From Candidatus Latescibacterota bacterium (GTDB lineage: Bacteria; Latescibacterota; UBA2968; GCA-2709665), in the NCBI GenBank assembly GCA_965116875.1, contig OZ220733.1, positions 3,904,001 through 3,968,000 of the forward strand: a DNA stretch of 64,000 nt, given 5' to 3'. The notes below the pieces were generated by a model that saw only the letters and a program-made list of their open reading frames with translations, ran no database searches and was not told where the DNA came from. Below, in pieces: positions 39,815 to 49,204 of this stretch. Position 1 is the stretch's first letter; each line of letters begins with the position of its first letter. Both the position numbers and the translations under genes were made by a program.

Positions 39815-40960
39815 TTGGCTGCCAATGAGTGGACGACGTTCAATGCTTCGGGGAATCTGCGCGTGGTGGTTACGAAAGAGCTTCCTGGCGACCGCTGGCT
39901 GAATATTCTGGAACAGGCCGGCTGCCGCGTTGAATACAACACCTCCATCCGGATCCTGGAGGTGGATGAAATCAAGGCGGCGATCGGCGACCGGTGCGAC
40001 GGCGTGATCGGGCAGCTCACGGAGGATTGGGGCGAACCGCTCTTTGCGGTGCTGAAAGCGGCGGGCGGCAGAGCGTACAGCAACTATGCGGTCGGTTTCA
40101 ACAACGTGGACGTGGATGCGGCCACCCGAAATGGTATCCCCGTGGGAAACACGCCCGGTGTCTTGACGGAGACCACTGCGGAGATGGCGATTGCGCTTAC
40201 GTTTTCCGCCGCGCGCCGCGTGGTGGAGGCCGATGAATACATGCGGGGCGGGAGGTACGAAGGATGGCTCCCGACCCTGTTCCTCGGGCAGTTGCTGAAC
40301 CGGAAGACCGTGGGCGTGGTTGGCGCCGGGCGAATCGGAGCGACGTACGCGCGGATGATGGTCGAAGGGTTCAAAATGAACTTCGTGTACTACGATCCCT
40401 ACCCCAATGAAAGGCTGGAGGATTACATTCGGGATTACGCCGCGTTCCTTGAGGGACACGGTGAAGAGCCTGTGAGCGTTACCCGGGCGGACTCGGTGGA
40501 ACAGGTCCTGAGCGAGGCCGACGTGGTCAGCCTGCATCCGCTTCTGGATCCGACGACCCACCACCTGATGAACGAGGAACGCCTGAACCTGATGAAGTCG
40601 GACGCGATTCTCGTGAATGCCAGCCGCGGCCCGGTCATCGATGAAAACGCGCTCGTTGCTCATTGCAGGAAAAATCCGGACTTCCGCGTGGGGCTCGATG
40701 TCTTCGAAGACGAGCCGGAAATGAAGCCCGGACTGAATGAACTGAACAACGTGGTGATTGTCCCGCACATTGCGTCGGCGACAAGCTGGACGCGTGAGGG
40801 TATGGCAACGCTCGCCGCCAGCAACGTGGCCGGCGTTCTGAGAGGCCTTCCCACGTGGTCGGACCAGGACGACATCCTGCCGTTCCTGGGCGACGACGCT
40901 CCGGACGCATGTCCGAGTATCGTGAATGCAGAAGAGCTGGGACTGCCGGTGGCCGGGTAA
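39815..40960 (+). CDS. D-glycerate dehydrogenase / hydroxypyruvate reductase, plant HPR1-like
   Basis: GVIGQLTEDWG, AVGFNNVD, NTPGVLTETTAE, GAGRIG..YARMMVEGFKMN, PHIASA..WTREGMATLAA. Confidence 0.9.
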   Translation: MAANEWTTFNASGNLRVVVTKELPGDRWLNILEQAGCRVEYNTSIRILEVDEIKAAIGDRCDGVIGQLTEDWGEPLFAVLKAAGGRAYSNYAVGFNNVDVDAATRNGIPVGNTPGVLTETTAEMAIALTFSAARRVVEADEYMRGGRYEGWLPTLFLGQLLNRKTVGVVGAGRIGATYARMMVEGFKMNFVYYDPYPNERLEDYIRDYAAFLEGHGEEPVSVTRADSVEQVLSEADVVSLHPLLDPTTHHLMNEERLNLMKSDAILVNASRGPVIDENALVAHCRKNPDFRVGLDVFEDEPEMKPGLNELNNVVIVPHIASATSWTREGMATLAASNVAGVLRGLPTWSDQDDILPFLGDDAPDACPSIVNAEELGLPVAG

Positions 40961-41052
40961 CTGAACCGGTCCTTGTGCCCGTACAGCGGCGGGGTTCCGC
41001 GCGAACAAGGCGTGAAATCCCGCCGCTGTCGTTTATCGTGGCACGCCAACCT

Positions 41053-41925
41053 TCAGTCCGTTATCTTTGCAATGGCGATCCCGGATTCGCCCGCGACCGA
41101 GTAGAGGAGGTAGGTATCGTCGCCCTCCCGGTAGATTCCCGGATCGCGAAGTTGCCGGACCCGTTCCGGCGACCATCCGCGGCGGGAGGGTTGCAGGGGC
41201 AGGTCCGCCCCTTCGTAGTCGGTTTCCGGTTCGAGTATGACCACGGCCTCCGATGCCCGCCAGTTCATCCAGTCCGAGGTCAATTCAACCCGGGACAGCA
41301 GGATGCGCTCGGGGCAGTCGTGGGCGTTGGAATAGAAGACCGAGAGCGTGTTGCCGTCCAGCTTCAGCGCGGTGTGGCGCTGGTCCTCGGAGAACAGCGC
41401 GGGCCCCTGCAGGAATCCCGTGAGGCCGTCCATCGATCGATAGAAGACCCCGGGCATCCCCAGAGCGTACGTCGCGCCTCGCCACCGGAAGACCCTGAAG
41501 TAGGAGTTGCCGAGGTTTTCCGGCCGTGCGGTAAAGTGAATCCCGTCCGAAGACAGCGCGACTTTGGACTGTTGGCCCCGGCCCGGCACAGGGCCGTGAT
41601 AATACATCCTGATTTCACGACTCCCGTGGTCCACGTGGACGTCCGGCGAGGCAAGATGGCCGGTCGTGTACCCGTCGTTCAGGTGCAGCACGCCGGGTTC
41701 GTAGGTGGTCCAGGGGCCTGAGAGACGGTCCGCATACGCCAGGCGGATGTACTCGCCCCGATGGTGGCCGAAATAGAGATAGTACTTTCCGACGGGGTTG
41801 GGCAGCCAGTCGGGCGTCCGGACGAGCGAGGGTCCGTTGACGTTGGCGCCCATGCGGGCGTCCATGTGCGGGCGGATCATGGGGTTGTTCGGAAGGCGTT
41901 CAACGCGCATTGTCGGTGTCTCCAT
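41053..41925 (-). CDS. five-bladed beta-propeller, glycoside hydrolase-like protein
   Basis: NGPS, YYLYFGHH, GPWT, ASPDV, RDPGIY...YLLYSVAGE.GIAIA. Confidence 0.7.
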   Translation of the reverse strand: METPTMRVERLPNNPMIRPHMDARMGANVNGPSLVRTPDWLPNPVGKYYLYFGHHRGEYIRLAYADRLSGPWTTYEPGVLHLNDGYTTGHLASPDVHVDHGSREIRMYYHGPVPGRGQQSKVALSSDGIHFTARPENLGNSYFRVFRWRGATYALGMPGVFYRSMDGLTGFLQGPALFSEDQRHTALKLDGNTLSVFYSNAHDCPERILLSRVELTSDWMNWRASEAVVILEPETDYEGADLPLQPSRRGWSPERVRQLRDPGIYREGDDTYLLYSVAGESGIAIAKITD

Positions 41926-42005
41926 GAACTTGGTGACGGTTCGACGATAGCGCCCCGTTTCGGAGGGTTTTATCGCGTCGCCGCGTTGCCGTTATTTTCG
42001 GATTG

Positions 42006-43004
42006 ATGTGGAGTCTGGCACCAGTGGAAGAGACGGTCAACAGGCGCCTGTCGGTTGCGCCGATGATGGACTGGACGGACAGGCACGAACGGTATTTCCT
42101 GAGGTTGTTCTCACGGCACATCCTGCTGTATACCGAGATGATTGGCGTGGACGCCGTTCTCCGCGGACCGCGCGAGCAACTTCTGAACTACCATCGCAGG
42201 GAGCACCCGGTGGCGCTTCAACTGGGTGGCAGCGATCCGGAGGCGCTGGCGCGTTGCGCGCGGATCGGTGCGGAATACCGGTACGACGAAATCAACCTGA
42301 ACGTGGGTTGTCCGAGCGACCGGGTGCAGGCCGGCCGGTTCGGCGCGTGCCTGATGGCGGAGCCGGAACGGGTCGCCCGCTGCGTGGACGCGATGCGCAG
42401 GGCGGTTGAGATTCCGGTCACCGTGAAGACGAGGATTGGCATTGATGACCGGGATTCGTACGGGAACCTGGTCGATTTTATTCGAACCGTTTCCGATGGC
42501 GGATGCCGGGTATTCGTCATTCACGCCAGAAAAGCCTGGCTTCATGGGTTGAGTCCGAAGGAGAACCGCGAGATCCCGCCCCTGCGTTACGACGTGGTCT
42601 ACCGGTTGAAACAGGACTTCCCGGATCTGACGGTCGTCCTCAATGGTGGAATCACAACCCGCGAGCAGGTGCGCCGGCATTTGAAAAACGTGGACGGGGT
42701 CATGATCGGACGGGAGGCCTATCGGAATCCCTATTTTCTGGCGTCGATGGACCAGATGTTCTACGGCGATACGCGCGCCGTGGCCGGCCGCGGGGAGATT
42801 CTGGACCGTTTCTGCGAATACGTCGAGGATCAGCTGCAGAAGGGGATGCCGCTTGCCGGCATGACGCGGCACATCCAGGGGCTTTTTCAGGGCATGCCGG
42901 GGGCCCGCGCCTGGCGCCGGCACCTGAGCGAGAACGCGCACAGGCCGGGGTCCGGGGTGGAAGTGATTCGAAAGGCCGCCAGCTTCGTGCCCGGGTCGTC
43001 GTGA
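42006..43004 (+). CDS. dusA: tRNA dihydrouridine(20/20a) synthase DusA
   Basis: APMMDWTDRH, QLGGS, NLNVGCPSDRVQ.G.FGACLM, HARKAWL.GLSPKENREIPPL. Confidence 0.95.
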   Translation: MWSLAPVEETVNRRLSVAPMMDWTDRHERYFLRLFSRHILLYTEMIGVDAVLRGPREQLLNYHRREHPVALQLGGSDPEALARCARIGAEYRYDEINLNVGCPSDRVQAGRFGACLMAEPERVARCVDAMRRAVEIPVTVKTRIGIDDRDSYGNLVDFIRTVSDGGCRVFVIHARKAWLHGLSPKENREIPPLRYDVVYRLKQDFPDLTVVLNGGITTREQVRRHLKNVDGVMIGREAYRNPYFLASMDQMFYGDTRAVAGRGEILDRFCEYVEDQLQKGMPLAGMTRHIQGLFQGMPGARAWRRHLSENAHRPGSGVEVIRKAASFVPGSS

Positions 43005-43050
43005 TTCGCCCGAGACCCGGGTTGTATGGAATCCCGCGCCCGCCGGATGT

Positions 43051-43836
43051 TTACGTCTCCAATGCCTTTCGGCAGGCGGCAACCAGGTCGCCGTGTGCGG
43101 TGGTGTATCCGATATTGACTTCCGTGTCGATGACTGCCGCGCGGGACAGGTCCAGGGTTTGGGACGTGTCCGCGACTTCGATGGCCGTGGTGCAGTCCCG
43201 GACGAGGATGATGTCGTAGCCGCGGTCCTTCATCGCCCTCATCCCGTAGTCCCGGAAGGGTACGCACATATTGGCGGCGAAGCCGGCGTAGAACAGGTGC
43301 AGGATGCCCCTGTGTTTCAGCAGGCGGTGCATCTGGGCGCCGGTAACGACGACGTCGTCGCCTTCGCGGGGTTCGGCCTCGGGAATGATGCGGCGGTTCC
43401 TGATGATGTCCTCGAAAACCTGATCGTGAGGGTCTTGGGGCCGCGCCCACGCTTCATAGTCGCCTGTTTTGGACCGGAATTCCGCGGGCGGCCAGTCGTC
43501 GGGGAGTGGCGCCGAACGCCCGAAGACTTCCTCGTCGCCCGCAAAACGGGTCCAGGCCTCATAGCGTCTGGCGCAGTCGGGGCTGGGCGCGTGAATCACG
43601 GAGGCGCCCACCGACCGGAACGCCTCGGCAACGGGAACGATACGTTCGAGTGTGATCTCTCTCCCGCGTTGCAGGTGCGTGCTCACGTAGTGATCGCTCC
43701 ACACGTCCACGAGCACCAGTGCGACCCGGTTTGCCGGATAGTCGCGCTGCAGGGTCCGGAGATGGAACTCACCTTCCGTGATGCTGGCTCGCCGGGTGAG
43801 GTGATAGTAACGGACGTCCAGCCTGATGCTCTTCAT
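43051..43836 (-). CDS. isochorismatase-like cysteine hydrolase
   Basis: ALVLVDVW, GFAANMCV, LVRDCT. Confidence 0.75.
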   Translation of the reverse strand: MKSIRLDVRYYHLTRRASITEGEFHLRTLQRDYPANRVALVLVDVWSDHYVSTHLQRGREITLERIVPVAEAFRSVGASVIHAPSPDCARRYEAWTRFAGDEEVFGRSAPLPDDWPPAEFRSKTGDYEAWARPQDPHDQVFEDIIRNRRIIPEAEPREGDDVVVTGAQMHRLLKHRGILHLFYAGFAANMCVPFRDYGMRAMKDRGYDIILVRDCTTAIEVADTSQTLDLSRAAVIDTEVNIGYTTAHGDLVAACRKALET

Positions 43837-43979
43837 ACGGGACCTTTCGATGCGTTGGTTTCTGACGCCTTGCCGGGAAGCAATATGGCAATGAATGAAC
43901 GCCGGTGTCAAGGAGATCCCGGGACCGGCGCGGCGGATATTCGGCGCCTCGATCACGAATGGAAAGGCGGCATGCGGAG

Positions 43980-45350
43980 ATGAAAAGAGAACATATCTGG
44001 GCCCATCATGAGTGGGACGCTACGATCAACTGGAAGTTGATGGAGGGCGGCTACGCCAGCCTGCAGAGCGTGAAGCCGGGTGAGGAGATCGCGTTTCACA
44101 TTTCGAACTCCCGGTCCTATTATGAAATCTTCATCTTCAGGGAAGGCGCCAGACGGGAACTGGTCAAGACGATCGAGGGACTGCGAGGTTCGCTCCAGGA
44201 AGTCCCGGAACTGGGCTATCAGGATGGATACGGGTGGGCGCCGGCGGTGTCCTTCGTCGTACCGGATACGTGGAAGAGCGGAATCTACATTGCAACCTTT
44301 CCCACCGGACAGGGTCTGCGGGAGATTTTTTTCGTGGTGCGGCCCGGGTCGCCGCAATCGCCGATGCTGTTGACGGTTGCAACAAATACCTATCAGGCCT
44401 ACAACAACGTGGGAGGAAAGTGCTTCTACGATTACATTTCCACCGATCGGCAGCACGCCAAGCTGCTGAGTTTCGAACGCCCGCTTCAGATGGAAAGTCT
44501 GGGCAACTTCTATATCTGGGATCAGTTCTTCACTTCCTGGCTGGATGCGGAGGGATACCACGCCGACTATTGTGTAAACGGCGACCACGACGCGGAGCCC
44601 GATATTCTGAACGCCTACCGGGCGAACGTGCGCTTCGCTCACGATGAATACAACAGCCGGAATGAGTGTGAGCAGCTCCAGCGGTTCGTCGATGACGGCG
44701 GCAATCTGATTCTGTTCGGGGGGAATTGTTTCTGCCACGAGATCGAGTTGAGAGACCGGGGGAGGCAGATCTATTGCGCGAAGCCGTACTATCACGATCA
44801 TCCGACGCCCGAGCGGCCGGAGACGTCGTTTCTGTGTTTCATAGACGACCTGCGACAGCGAACGATCGGCCTGTTCTACACGTCGTTCATTCATACCAAG
44901 ACGCCGGATCCGAACGTGTTCCTTGCGCCCACGACCGAAGACTGGGGGTATTACCGCGTGTGCGATCCGGACCACTGGGTATTCGAGGGTACCGGACTTG
45001 TCGAGGGGGACGAATTCGGCCGCGAGGATTCGATCGTCGGCGTGGAGGCCGACGCGGCGGACCTGACATTCGAAAACGGCCGGCCGCGGTACACCGGCGC
45101 GGACGGCGTGTCGCCCGAATATAGAATCGTGGCCATCGCGGATTGTATGACGCCCGACGGACACCGGCTGGTGAAAGAAGGCGGGAAGGAGGGCGTCGCG
45201 CGGTGCTACGGAACCGTGGCCGTCAACGAGACCGAGTTCGAGGGTACGGTCTTCAACGCCGCCACGATCGAATGGGCCCACGGGTTATACCGGGATGAAA
45301 GCGTGGTGGCCAGGATCACGCGCAACGTACTGGACCGATTGGCGACGTAA
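43980..45350 (+). CDS. N,N-dimethylformamidase beta-subunit-like (DUF6605) protein
   Basis: SVKPGE.I.FHIS, W.SG.Y, TNTYQAYNN.GG, SFERP, HDEY, GGNL..FGGN, VFNAATI.W. Confidence 0.78.
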   Translation: MKREHIWAHHEWDATINWKLMEGGYASLQSVKPGEEIAFHISNSRSYYEIFIFREGARRELVKTIEGLRGSLQEVPELGYQDGYGWAPAVSFVVPDTWKSGIYIATFPTGQGLREIFFVVRPGSPQSPMLLTVATNTYQAYNNVGGKCFYDYISTDRQHAKLLSFERPLQMESLGNFYIWDQFFTSWLDAEGYHADYCVNGDHDAEPDILNAYRANVRFAHDEYNSRNECEQLQRFVDDGGNLILFGGNCFCHEIELRDRGRQIYCAKPYYHDHPTPERPETSFLCFIDDLRQRTIGLFYTSFIHTKTPDPNVFLAPTTEDWGYYRVCDPDHWVFEGTGLVEGDEFGREDSIVGVEADAADLTFENGRPRYTGADGVSPEYRIVAIADCMTPDGHRLVKEGGKEGVARCYGTVAVNETEFEGTVFNAATIEWAHGLYRDESVVARITRNVLDRLAT

Positions 45351-45409
45351 CGCGGTCCGGTTGGGAAGTGCCGCCGCACCGCTGCCCCAATCTTCAACAC
45401 GGGCTTCCA

Positions 45410-47077
45410 ATGATGGATGCGGGTGTTCGAATTCAACTGGATCTGAGAATCCCGATGAGAGACGGGGTGAATCTCTACGGCGCGGCATACCTTCCGCCGC
45501 GGGGAGAGCGGTTTCCCGTACTGCTCATCCGGTCGCCGTACAGCACACAGCACCCCAGGTACGTGGACTGGGCCGTGCGTTTCGCTTCGTCGGGATACGC
45601 GGCTGTGATGGTGGACAGCCGCGGGCGCTACGAGTCCGAGGGCGAGTGGCGGGCGTACGTGGACGAGGCGCAGGATGGATACGACACGCAGCAGTGGATC
45701 GGGGCGCAGGCGTGGTGCGACGGCAACATCGGGATGTTCGGGATTTCCTATCCGGGTTTCACACAGATTCTTCCGGCCCCGTTTCGGAGTCCCTTCGTGA
45801 AGGGGCTGATGCCCATTGCGAACCAGGAGGACAACTACGGGCACCTGCGTTATAACGGCGTGCTCCAGCTGCAGAATGCGATGAACTGGATCTGGCTCGG
45901 CGGGCGGACCAGACAGCACGCGCCGCGGGACCTGCTGGACTGGGACCGGATCTACCGCCGGCTGCCGCTGATCTCGGCCATGGACGGCATCGCGGACCGG
46001 CCGTTCTTCAGGGAGATGGTCCGGCACAACGAATTCGACGCATTCTGGTCCTCGTACAGCATGAAGGGCCGGTACGGGGAAGTGAGTACGCCGGCCTATT
46101 TCGTGTCGGGATGGTACGATAATCTGGTCCACGAGGGTTTCAAGTGTTTTCGCGGCTGGCGCACGGAAGCCGGAGACGCCCGTACCCGGCAACTGACCCG
46201 TCTGATGGTCGGGCCCTGGACGCACTCGGCGATCGGGAGCGCCGAGCCGTTCGGAGACATCGACTTCGGATCGAACGCGGCGGTGGATATTCCTGGTGAA
46301 CATCTGCGCTGGTACGACAAGCGGCTGCGCGGGATCGATACCGGGATCGACGAGGAACCGGCCATCCGGATTTTCGTGATGGGCAGGAACGCGTGGCGAT
46401 GGGAAAACGAGTGGCCGCTGGCGCGAACGAATTACACGGCGTACTATCTCCACAGCGGTGGCCGTGCGAATTCGCTTCGGGGCGACGGTGAACTCAGCCT
46501 TGGGGCGCCGGGAGACGAACCCGCGGACCGGTTCGACTACGATCCCGGAAATCCGGTGCCGACGGTGGGCGGGCAGAGTCTGTCACACGCCAACACGGGT
46601 CCCCGCGACCGGCAGGGTGTGGAATGCCGTGAAGACGTGCTGGTATACAATACGGAAACACTGGTGTCGGACGTGGAGGTAACCGGCCCGGTGGCACTCA
46701 CGCTGTTCGCCGAATCGGATGCGCGGGATACGGATTTTACGGCCACACTGGTCGACGTACATCCCGACGGACCGGCGATCCACATAACGGAGGGTATCGT
46801 GCGGGCGCGATTCCGCGAGTCCTTTCGCAAACCGTGCCTGATTCCACCTGGCGCGGTTATTGAATACCGGATCGTACTCTGGGAGACCAGCAACGTATTC
46901 AAAGCCGGCCATCGGATCAGGCTGGAGGTCTCCAGCAGCAATTTCCCGCGTTTCGACCGGAACCTGAATACTGGCAATGTCCCGGGTCTGGATGAGGAGA
47001 TGAAGGTGGCGCGTCAGACGATCCATCACAGCAGTCGATACCCGTCGCATCTGCTTTTGCCGGTGATTCCCGAATGA
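45410..47077 (+). CDS. CocE/NonD family serine hydrolase
   Basis: IPMRDGV, RSPY, GISYPG, GWYD, GPWTH, SSSNFPRFDRN.N. Confidence 0.92.
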   Translation: MMDAGVRIQLDLRIPMRDGVNLYGAAYLPPRGERFPVLLIRSPYSTQHPRYVDWAVRFASSGYAAVMVDSRGRYESEGEWRAYVDEAQDGYDTQQWIGAQAWCDGNIGMFGISYPGFTQILPAPFRSPFVKGLMPIANQEDNYGHLRYNGVLQLQNAMNWIWLGGRTRQHAPRDLLDWDRIYRRLPLISAMDGIADRPFFREMVRHNEFDAFWSSYSMKGRYGEVSTPAYFVSGWYDNLVHEGFKCFRGWRTEAGDARTRQLTRLMVGPWTHSAIGSAEPFGDIDFGSNAAVDIPGEHLRWYDKRLRGIDTGIDEEPAIRIFVMGRNAWRWENEWPLARTNYTAYYLHSGGRANSLRGDGELSLGAPGDEPADRFDYDPGNPVPTVGGQSLSHANTGPRDRQGVECREDVLVYNTETLVSDVEVTGPVALTLFAESDARDTDFTATLVDVHPDGPAIHITEGIVRARFRESFRKPCLIPPGAVIEYRIVLWETSNVFKAGHRIRLEVSSSNFPRFDRNLNTGNVPGLDEEMKVARQTIHHSSRYPSHLLLPVIPE

Positions 47078-49200
47078 ATGAGACGGCATTTCGAATCGGC
47101 GCCGACGTGGGCGGGACGTTTACGGATGTGATCCTTATGGACGCCGGGGGGAATCTGTGGACGCACAAGATTCCCTCGACTCCGCCGGATTTCGAGCGGG
47201 CCGTTCTTGACGCCATCGCTCGCCTGCTGAAGGAGACCGGGATACCCGCCGAATCGATTGCCGATGTCTCGCACGGGACCACGGTGGCGACCAACGCCGT
47301 CCTCGAACGCCGGGGCGCCAGGACAGCGCTGATCACCACGCGCGGATTTCGCGACGTACTCGAATTGCGGCGCGTCAGGGCCCCGCAGATGTACGATCTG
47401 TTCTTCGACAAACCGGAACCCATCGTGGAGCGGTATCTGAGGCTGGAGGTGACGGAGCGCATTGCCGCCGACGGTGAAGTCCTGGCGCCTCTGGACAGGG
47501 CGGACCTCGAAACGGTGAAGGCCGCAATTGAACGGGAACGGGTGGAGTCGATCGCGGTCTGCACGCTTCACGCCTACGCGTATCCACGGCACGAACACGC
47601 AATCGGCGAATTCCTCCAGGACGCGTTTCCCGACTTGCCGGTATCCCTTTCAACGGAGATTCTGCCTGAACGCCGGGAATACGAGCGCACGGCAACGACC
47701 GTGCTGAACGCGTACGTGCGTCCCGTCATGCAGCGTTATCTCAACGCGATGCGCGATGGCCTGACGGGACAGGGCATTCTCGCGCCTGTGCTGATCATGC
47801 AATCCGCGGGCGGCCTGACCCCGGAGGCCGACGCGGCCGGCCGACCCGTGTACGTTCTCGAGTCCGGGCCCGCGGCGGGGGTCTTCGCGGCCCGTTCCGC
47901 GGGAGAACAACTGGGTATCGACGATTTCATCACGTTCGATATGGGCGGCACCACGGCCAAGGCGTCCATCGTCGAAAACGGCGAGATCTCCTACAGCCCG
48001 GAGTACGAGGTCGGCGCATCCGTGTCGGCCGGAAACAGGCTGGTGGGCGGGGGCGGCGAGTTGATTCGCGCGCCCAGCATCGATATCGCCGAGGTGGGAT
48101 CCGGGGGCGGCAGCATCGCCTGTCTGGATGGGGCGGGCGGACTGCGGGTTGGACCCGGAAGCGCGGGCGCCGTTCCGGGCCCCGCCTGTTACGGCCGCGG
48201 CGGAAACGAGCCCACCGTGACCGACGCCAATGTCGTGCTGGGGTATATTCGCCCTGGGGAACTGGCGGACGGGGAAGTCTCCATAGACACCGAGGCCGCG
48301 AGCAGGATTGTGTATGATCGGATTGCGGCGCCGCTGGGCATGGACCTGCTCGAGGCGGCCGAGGGCATACACAGGATTGCCAACGCCCGGTGTATGCGAG
48401 CGCTTCGGTCCGTGTCCACGGAGCGGGGCCGTGATCCGAGGTCGTTCTCCCTGATCGCCTTCGGCGGTTCCGGTCCGGTTCATGCCGCGGGCCTGGCCGG
48501 CGAACTTCTGAGTCCCAGAGTCATTGTCCCTCCGTTGCCCGGATTGTTCAGTGCGCTGGGGCTTCTGTTTTCCGGCGTGGAACATCATGAAGTTTCCAGT
48601 TGTCTGCTTTCGGGCGACGGGCTGAGCGCGGAGGCGCTGAGCGGCATCCAGTCGGAACTGAAGCGAAAGATGCTTGCCCGGTTCCGGGCGGAGGGCTATT
48701 CCGATGAACAGGTGGCGCTTCACCCCAGTGTGGACGTGCGTTTTCGAGGCCAGGCGTCGGAGATCCGGATTCCTGTGGAGGAAATCCCGGTGACAGACGC
48801 GACGGTAAGAGACCTGTGCAGCGCATTCGAACGGGAACACAGGCAGCTTTACGGGCATTCGTCGGAACCCGATATTCCGGTTGAGGTGGTCGCCGTACGC
48901 CTGATCGGCAGCACCGGACGCCGCGGAACAGGGGGGCGAATTCGCGCTTCGCGGCGGAATGTCCGAAAGATGGCCTCGCGCCCTGCGTATTTCGGAAAGG
49001 CGTGGGGAACGGTGGAGACCCCGGTTATCGACCGCGAGGAGCTGACAGGAACCCGGGTCGGTCCTCTGTTGATCGACGAATACGATTCCACGACGGTAGT
49101 GCCGCCGGGGATTCGCGCCTATCGGGACCGTCAGGATTTCGTGGTTCTGGAAGGGAACGGTGCGTCGTCGTGCGCTTCGGCATCGCCGGGAGAAACGTGA
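47074..49200 (+). CDS. hydantoinase/oxoprolinase subunit A
   Basis: DVGGTFTD, HGTTVATN, REYER, SGPAAG, DMGGTT, GPACYGRG, FGG.GP.H. Confidence 0.93.
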   Translation: MNETAFRIGADVGGTFTDVILMDAGGNLWTHKIPSTPPDFERAVLDAIARLLKETGIPAESIADVSHGTTVATNAVLERRGARTALITTRGFRDVLELRRVRAPQMYDLFFDKPEPIVERYLRLEVTERIAADGEVLAPLDRADLETVKAAIERERVESIAVCTLHAYAYPRHEHAIGEFLQDAFPDLPVSLSTEILPERREYERTATTVLNAYVRPVMQRYLNAMRDGLTGQGILAPVLIMQSAGGLTPEADAAGRPVYVLESGPAAGVFAARSAGEQLGIDDFITFDMGGTTAKASIVENGEISYSPEYEVGASVSAGNRLVGGGGELIRAPSIDIAEVGSGGGSIACLDGAGGLRVGPGSAGAVPGPACYGRGGNEPTVTDANVVLGYIRPGELADGEVSIDTEAASRIVYDRIAAPLGMDLLEAAEGIHRIANARCMRALRSVSTERGRDPRSFSLIAFGGSGPVHAAGLAGELLSPRVIVPPLPGLFSALGLLFSGVEHHEVSSCLLSGDGLSAEALSGIQSELKRKMLARFRAEGYSDEQVALHPSVDVRFRGQASEIRIPVEEIPVTDATVRDLCSAFEREHRQLYGHSSEPDIPVEVVAVRLIGSTGRRGTGGRIRASRRNVRKMASRPAYFGKAWGTVETPVIDREELTGTRVGPLLIDEYDSTTVVPPGIRAYRDRQDFVVLEGNGASSCASASPGET

Positions 49201-49204
49201 AACC

